Shown here: positions 6,931 through 12,205 of the stretch, piece by piece | Numbering within the stretch: the stretch's first letter is position 1 | How the letters are laid out: each line of letters starts with the position of its first letter | NCBI GenBank assembly: GCA_015522685.1 | Contig: WALU01000024.1 | Location: forward strand, 1 to 12,205 | Direction of reading: 5' to 3' | Length of the DNA: 12,205 bases | Source: Thermoproteota archaeon | Lineage (GTDB): Archaea; Korarchaeota; Korarchaeia; Korarchaeales; Korarchaeaceae | Translations under genes and position numbers: made by a program | Notes under the pieces: generated by a model | What the model was told of the DNA's origin: nothing | Seen by the model: only the letters and a program-made list of their open reading frames with translations | Database searches by the model: none

Positions 6931-9261
6931 TCATTTGGCTATGTTATGCAAGAGCTTTAAATCACCTTCAAATGGTTTTAGTTCATCAGGTATATTTATA
7001 GATATGGGCTCTCTCATTCTCATTCTCTTTTCCTTTTTAATTTTCCACACTCCACTATTAAACTCTATAATCTTCTGCCCTAGCTCTAAGTAGGGAGTAT
7101 ACCACTCCTCTCTCACCTTTGGGAAGAGTTCCTTGTGGACAGTTCCTCCATAGATTTTCCTCCAGATGTAATCCGTTACGTGGGGTATTATTGGTGCTGA
7201 CAGCTTCAAGATCGATCGTAGGACGTAATGTAAGGTCCATTGGGCTGCAAGAGATCCTTCATCATTATCTCCATATGCCCTACCCTTAACTAGCTCTATA
7301 TAATGAGGGGCGAAAACATCCCAAACGAAGCTACGAACTCCATTTGCAGGATCAAAAAAGTCAAACTTATCATAGCCAGATAGAGCCCTCGTTATTACCT
7401 TATTAAGCTCTCCCAATATCCATAGATCTGTAGGACTGAGTTCAGGCATCTCCTCCGGCTCTTCAAACTGAGAGATGAACCTAGCTACATTCCAAAGTTT
7501 CTGCAGGAATTTGTAGGCGCCCTCCACCTTTCTCTCTGATATCCTAAAATCAGAGCCATGGTGAGCCTCAGCAGCTCCAAAGAACCTTACTGCATCTGCT
7601 CCATATTTCTTGAAGAGCGGCCAAGGGTATATTATATTCCCAAGGCTCTTATGCATAGCTCTCCCTTTTTCATCAAGACCCATACCTGATATCCAGACAT
7701 GCTTAAAGGCAGGTTTTCCTAGTACCTGATATATCCTCAAGAAAGAATAATGGAGCCACGTTCTAACTATATCCTTACCTTGAGGCCTTATATTGCTAGA
7801 TCCAAGTTTCTTAAATAGACCCTCATCCCATCCATAGCCATTGTACACTAAGGAGGAGATGGATGAATCCATCCAAGTGTCGAAGACCCTCATATCCCCA
7901 ACAAATCCTTCTGTAGATCCACAATAGGGACACCTGTCGAATGGAGGATCCTCCTTCCAAGGCTGATAGTACTTTCCTGGAGGAGGGACTACTGGCTTCC
8001 CACAGCTCTTGCAGTACCATACTGGTATCTCTGTGGCATAGTATCTCCTCCTAGAAACGGGCCAATCGGAGCTTATTGATTTCAACCAGTCCCTCCAGTA
8101 ATTTGAAGCCCATTTAGGGTACCATTTAACCTCTTTCAAATATTTCTCGAGCTCTGGTATCAAATCAACCTGCTTCAAGTAATACTCCTTCATTGGAACT
8201 ATCTCAAGTGGTGTCTTGCAACGCCAGCAGACAGGAGTCCTATGCATTATCCCCTCAACCTTAACTACAAATCCCTTCGCCTTCAGATCGCTTATTATCT
8301 TCTTTCTTGCCTCCTTAACAGTAAGACCAGCATATTCGCCCGCATTTTTGTTTAGGTTTCCATCTTCTGTGATTAGAATTTTAGGCTTAAGCTTCAACTC
8401 TCTAAATAATTGGACATCCATCTTATCCCCATAAGAGCAGATCATCACTAATCCTGTTCCAAAGTTAGGATCAGCATAGGAATGCTCTATTACAGGTATC
8501 GCATCTCTCAGAGGAGTGATCACTCTCCTCCCCTTGAGCCACTTATATCTGTCATCTTTTGGATTATATACAACTGCTTTACACGCTGGTAACAGCTCAG
8601 GCCTAGTCGTCGCTACGACAACATATCTCTCGCTGCCTTCAACTCTAAACTTCAGATAGACTAACTTAGTAGGAAGTTCCTTATACTCTACTTCAGCATC
8701 TGCTAGCGTAGTCCTGCATCTAGGACAATAGATATTGGGTCTGTAGTCCTCATATACATATCCCTTATTCCATACATCAATGAATGTAGCTTGAGTTATG
8801 GCTCTCCACTTCTGGCTATCTGTTTGGAAGTAGTTCTTGAGATCAGCGCTGATTCCTAACCTCTTCACTATGGATAAAATGTCCTTTTCTGCCTCATCCA
8901 AGAACTCCTTGCACAACTTTAGGAAATCTTCTCTCGGATATTCAAACATCTTGATATTATGCCTCTTTTCTGTCTCTACCTCAACAGGTAAACCGTTTCT
9001 ATCGACACCAAATGGAAAATAGACGTCATAGCCCTTCATTCTCTGGGTCCTAGCGATCATATCTATTTGAGAGTAGTGAATAGCAGCAGCTATATGCCAT
9101 TTACCGCTTGCATAAGGTGGAGGGGTATCTATTGAGAAAATAGGCTTACTCGAATTGGGATTGAACTTATAAATCTCTTCTTTCTCCCATACATCCTGTA
9201 CATAAGATTCCATTTCTGGAGACCAATGCTTTTTCTCAAGTTTTGGCTTTTGCATTCTCAC
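6931..9261 (-). CDS. valS: Valine--tRNA ligase (archaeal type)
   Basis: IDTPPPY, DRNGLPVE, editing domain ATTRPEL and FGTGLVM, DWPVSRRRY, VFDTWMDSS, RPQGKDIVRTW, YGADAVR and an anticodon-binding domain. GTG start at 9261 (or ATG 9255) with SD-like GGAGGG. Confidence 0.93.
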   Translation of the reverse strand: MRMQKPKLEKKHWSPEMESYVQDVWEKEEIYKFNPNSSKPIFSIDTPPPYASGKWHIAAAIHYSQIDMIARTQRMKGYDVYFPFGVDRNGLPVEVETEKRHNIKMFEYPREDFLKLCKEFLDEAEKDILSIVKRLGISADLKNYFQTDSQKWRAITQATFIDVWNKGYVYEDYRPNIYCPRCRTTLADAEVEYKELPTKLVYLKFRVEGSERYVVVATTRPELLPACKAVVYNPKDDRYKWLKGRRVITPLRDAIPVIEHSYADPNFGTGLVMICSYGDKMDVQLFRELKLKPKILITEDGNLNKNAGEYAGLTVKEARKKIISDLKAKGFVVKVEGIMHRTPVCWRCKTPLEIVPMKEYYLKQVDLIPELEKYLKEVKWYPKWASNYWRDWLKSISSDWPVSRRRYYATEIPVWYCKSCGKPVVPPPGKYYQPWKEDPPFDRCPYCGSTEGFVGDMRVFDTWMDSSISSLVYNGYGWDEGLFKKLGSSNIRPQGKDIVRTWLHYSFLRIYQVLGKPAFKHVWISGMGLDEKGRAMHKSLGNIIYPWPLFKKYGADAVRFFGAAEAHHGSDFRISERKVEGAYKFLQKLWNVARFISQFEEPEEMPELSPTDLWILGELNKVITRALSGYDKFDFFDPANGVRSFVWDVFAPHYIELVKGRAYGDNDEGSLAAQWTLHYVLRSILKLSAPIIPHVTDYIWRKIYGGTVHKELFPKVREEWYTPYLELGQKIIEFNSGVWKIKKEKRMRMREPISINIPDELKPFEGDLKLLHNIAK

Positions 9262-9337
9262 AAAGATCCCTCCTTAGCTTCCCATGATCGTGTGGTATTC
9301 CCAATAAATAGTTTAAGGGGTTCAGGAGATATAGCCA

Positions 9338-9364
9338 CTCTTAGACAAACACATCTCTTAGACA
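9338..9364 (+). repeat. IS607 right-end direct repeat CTCTTAGACA x2 (9338-9347, 9355-9364)
   Basis: Read directly from the sequence; lies just past the tnpB stop. Confidence 0.8.
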
Positions 9365-10443
9365 TCATTTCCATAGATCCGCCTCTCTCGGGGAACCCCT
9401 AGCGCCCTGCATCCGAAGGTTAAGAGCTACAGCTTCATCTCTATCGATGATGAGGCCACAGCCCTTACAACGCATAAGCCTGCTCCGATAGACCTTCAAA
9501 GGCGCTGAGCACACAGGGCGGGTCCTGGAGGAGTAAGCAGGTTTCACAAACTTAACTGGCAACCCAAACCAAGCGGCCTTGTAGGCCAACATGAATTGGA
9601 ACATGCGGGCGTCCCACTTGCTCAGTCTGCGTATAATCTCCCTGTTCGCTCTACTCTTCCTAGCTCTCTTCTTTATACCGTTTATTTTGGTGGTGAGCTT
9701 GTGGAGAAAATCTTTGGCTCTGTTGCGTTCCCTTCTTGAGTGCTTCTCCATGAGCCCCCTAGAGCGCCTTGGGTGGAACTTCCTGAGGGCCTGAACTCTG
9801 CAGCGCTTCTCCTCATAGGAGAATGGACACGATAAAGCTGCCTCAGATAGTGTCTGATCAGCCCGAAGCCGTCCCTAGCTTCTGTAACGTTGGTCTCGTT
9901 CACATTGAAGGCAGACCAGCCTTTAGGTTTCACAGCTTTAGGAGATCGCTTGAAAGTTATTATCCTCTCGTCGTCCATTAGGAGCAGGCCGCCTATTGAG
10001 TCGTAGTCCTCAGGCAGGTAGTCAAACTTGGACAGGTCCACCTCAAGGTACCGCTTTCCAGCGATTATCCTGATTATAAGCTCACTTCCCCTGACCCTGA
10101 AGAGGGTGTTATTGATGTAGACCGTCTTTTTCGTTATTTCTGGCTTCTTCTTGGCTTTTCCTCTATTATGAAGTGTAATCCATCCCTTGACCAGGCTGAT
10201 GATCAAGTTTATGGTGGAGTCAACGTAGTGGCTGGCATAGGGCCAATCCTCCAGCAGCTTATTCCTTATCCTGCGGCTCTCCTCGGCCTTCAGCCTGAGC
10301 CTAGCTTTCCTTCTGGGACTGTAGAATATATGAGCCATAACAAGCTCAAGGGCCTTCTCCTTGGTCTCTATGTAGACATCTATTAGGTCTCTGGGTACCT
10401 CGATCGGCAAGACGTAGCTCTTGATTGCCTTAGTCTGAGACAA
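9365..10443 (-). pseudogene. tnpB: TnpB RNA-guided nuclease pseudogene
   Basis: ORFs 9682-10443 and 9365-9751 join through a 1-nt deletion near 9821-9823 (LYRVH / SYEEKRCRVQ...RRERNRAKDFLHKLTT). RuvC-I D appears as N (AFNVN). The RuvC-II EDL segment is missing near 9682. The first Zn-finger Cys appears as R (SSRTRPVC). RuvC-III DRD..ALN is intact. Confidence 0.88.
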
Positions 10444-11038
10444 GCTGTTTCACCCCCCGAATCAACTTACGGTACCTGTGTGACCTCCTGCCGTAGAGCT
10501 TGTTAGCAAAGTGCGCGACTATCGCTATTAGATCCTTCACAAGCTCCTCCCTCGTAGCCCTCTCTCTACTGTTTATCACCTCTATTTCGGTACCGAAAGC
10601 TTGAAATAGCCTCTTCAATATTGAGAAGCTGAACATGGTCAGCCTATCTAAATAAGTGACTATCACTCTGCCCACTCTGCCCTCAGTCACCATGTCCAGC
10701 AGCTTCATATAACCCCTGCACTTCTCATTCAGATCAGAGCCGACATCCGTGATGACCTCCGACAGCTCATAGCCAAGCCTGCTTGCGTACTCCATTATGG
10801 CCTGAACCTGCCTCTCCAAGTCGTCCCTCTGGTTCCTAGAGGAGACCCTAGCATAACCGACGATAACCCGTTTTTCGCTCAAACCAAGTATCCTCCTTAT
10901 CTCAGACTCAGGTACACGCCTTCTCCCACCGACAGTTCTTATGCATCTTATCTTACCTGCTTTATCCCATCTCTGGATCGTCCTGACCGAGACGCTAATG
11001 ATCTTCGCAGCTTCCCTCATTGTATAGTGTCCTTCCAT
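10430..11038 (-). CDS. tnpA: IS607 TnpA serine recombinase transposase, probably impaired
   Basis: N-terminal MerR-like HTH (SVRTIQRWDKAGKI...GGRRR), catalytic YARVSS, DLERQ, ELVKDL. Deviant motifs GSDLN (usually GSGLN) and DRLTMFSF (usually DRLxRFGF). Confidence 0.9.
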   Translation of the reverse strand: MEGHYTMREAAKIISVSVRTIQRWDKAGKIRCIRTVGGRRRVPESEIRRILGLSEKRVIVGYARVSSRNQRDDLERQVQAIMEYASRLGYELSEVITDVGSDLNEKCRGYMKLLDMVTEGRVGRVIVTYLDRLTMFSFSILKRLFQAFGTEIEVINSRERATREELVKDLIAIVAHFANKLYGRRSHRYRKLIRGVKQLVSD

Positions 11039-11047
11039 GTACCTCTA

Positions 11048-11074
11048 TGTCTATATTTGTCTATTTACTATCTA
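11048..11074 (-). repeat. IS607 left-end phased repeats TAGA(C/T)A at 10-11 bp period
   Basis: Plus strand TGTCTA at 11048-11053 and 11058-11063, TATCTA at 11069-11074. Confidence 0.7.
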
Positions 11075-11637
11075 ACAGTTTTGATGGGTGCTAGCCCTTC
11101 CAACAACTTGGCTACTATATCAACAACTCTAAGTTGCTCAGGAATTTTTGATTCGAGTGAAAAGCGAATGAGAAGATGAGCAGTATCTACTCTACTTAGG
11201 CCCAAGAATGAATAATAACAAGTTCCTTTTGGCGTATATAAGCTTGTATAGGGTGGATTTTTGTGCAGCAAATACGCCCTATCTGATAAACCAGCAGATT
11301 TGAGAGCAGTTTCGATCTCGTTTGTTGGTTCTCGGGATGCGACAGCTATTATCGGAACTCCTGTCTTCTCAAAAAACTCTTGCATATTCAGCAAATTTAA
11401 GCCTCCAAAAGTAGTTCCATGAGTCAGGACAAGTCTAGCCTCTCCTTTAATCTTTGGATGCTCTATCATCCTTACCAATGCATCTGTAGAGTCTTCACCA
11501 TCAACTGTGATAATTTCTCTAACAGATTTCTCAAGGACTAGATCTCTGAATAAAAGACCTACTAGGAATGCTTTAGTATCTCTTCCTCTTTGGAAAGGAG
11601 AATCATCTACAGCAAGAACGCGACTTCCCTTCTTCAT
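11068..11637 (-). CDS. DUF99/UPF0215 family protein (endonuclease V-like fold)
   Basis: VLAVDDSPF, VDGEDST, TFGGLN, GVPII and SKIPEQLR are typical of archaeal DUF99 proteins. Confidence 0.82.
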   Translation of the reverse strand: MKKGSRVLAVDDSPFQRGRDTKAFLVGLLFRDLVLEKSVREIITVDGEDSTDALVRMIEHPKIKGEARLVLTHGTTFGGLNLLNMQEFFEKTGVPIIAVASREPTNEIETALKSAGLSDRAYLLHKNPPYTSLYTPKGTCYYSFLGLSRVDTAHLLIRFSLESKIPEQLRVVDIVAKLLEGLAPIKTVR

Positions 11638-11797
11638 CTCAGCTACCCTCCTTGGGATATCTATAAAATAACTGATACTGATACAACTAATGACTTGAAG
11701 GTGCTAAGTGAACTGGTGATATTGAGATCTAAACTATTCTTCATCTGCATAAACCCCTTAGATCTACTTTAATAATATCCAAGGAGCCCCTTTCTAG

Positions 11798-12205
11798 ATG
11801 AGCATAGAAGAGGATATAAGAAAACAAGTTAAAGAAGAGGCCCTTCTAGCAATCCTCTTGGATCCTGCTAAACTTAGCAAACAAGCAGCTAGAGACATCT
11901 CTGCTAATGTAAAGAAGGGAGGCGCTGATCTGATCTTTGTTGGTGGATCGGTTGGCGCTGCCTTTGGTTTGAATAATGTTATAACTGGGGCTAAAGATGG
12001 GTCGGATCTTCCTATAATCCTATTTCCCGGTAATGTGGATATGATTTCTCCATATGCTGATGCCATTCTCTTCATGTCTCTCCTAAACTCCTCTAATCCC
12101 TACTGGATTATTCAGGCTCAGGCTCTGGCGGCGCCTGTTATCAAGAAACTGAGGATAGAAGCAATACCTACGGCATATGTGGTAGTTGAGCCAGGTCAGA
12201 GACTG
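11798..12205 (+). CDS. Geranylgeranylglyceryl phosphate (GGGP) synthase, 3'-truncated by the window
   Basis: Absent from the ORF track because there is no stop. Manual translation gives MSIEEDI...LLDPAK...DLIFVGGS...PIILFPGN...ADAILFMSLLNSSNPYWI...IPTAYVVVEPG, matching group II GGGPS motifs. Confidence 0.92.
   Translation, partial: MSIEEDIRKQVKEEALLAILLDPAKLSKQAARDISANVKKGGADLIFVGGSVGAAFGLNNVITGAKDGSDLPIILFPGNVDMISPYADAILFMSLLNSSNPYWIIQAQALAAPVIKKLRIEAIPTAYVVVEPGQRL

Larger units (their letters stand above)
9325..11080 (-). mobile_element. IS607-family insertion sequence (tnpA + tnpB), degenerate; ends approximate
   Basis: Serine-recombinase TnpA overlaps tnpB by 14 nt. TAGACA-core repeats occur at both ends in opposite orientation. 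No TIR or TSD seen, as expected for IS607. Sequence looks more GC-rich than its flanks. Confidence 0.88.

Noticed and set aside
9365-10443. Domesticated nuclease-dead TnpB (TldR-like repressor)
   Set aside because: The frameshift, zinc-finger loss and continued location inside a decaying IS favour a pseudogene. Revisit only if reads show the frameshift is an error.
11794-12075. 93-aa minus-strand ORF
   Set aside because: Antisense to the clear GGGP synthase frame.
12190-12205. Possible frameshift in GGGPS (EPGQRL where EPGxT is expected)
   Set aside because: It falls in the last bases of the window, so it cannot be evaluated and may be an edge artefact.

Overview
Archaeal chromosomal window. 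Orc1/Cdc6, PolD small subunit, GGGP synthase and a BHB-type tRNA intron support this; a Korarchaeota/TACK-like lineage is my inference, not a search result. Gene order: partial ECF ATPase and EcfT (+); a repeat-rich intergenic region resembling a replication origin with atypical ORB-like 24-bp repeats; orc1/cdc6 (+) convergent with DP1 (-); a divergent tyrosine recombinase with a C-terminal zinc ribbon (+); a DUF429-like nuclease (-); tRNA-Ser(CGA) with a 20-nt non-canonical D-loop intron (+); valS with deviant HIGH/KMSKS motifs (-); a decaying IS607-family element (tnpA plus broken tnpB, -); a DUF99/EndoV-like gene (-); and a partial GGGP synthase (+). The most notable signals are the candidate oriC architecture (with a dif-like 28-mer inside it), the non-XerA recombinase sharing a divergent promoter region with DP1, and the D-loop tRNA intron.
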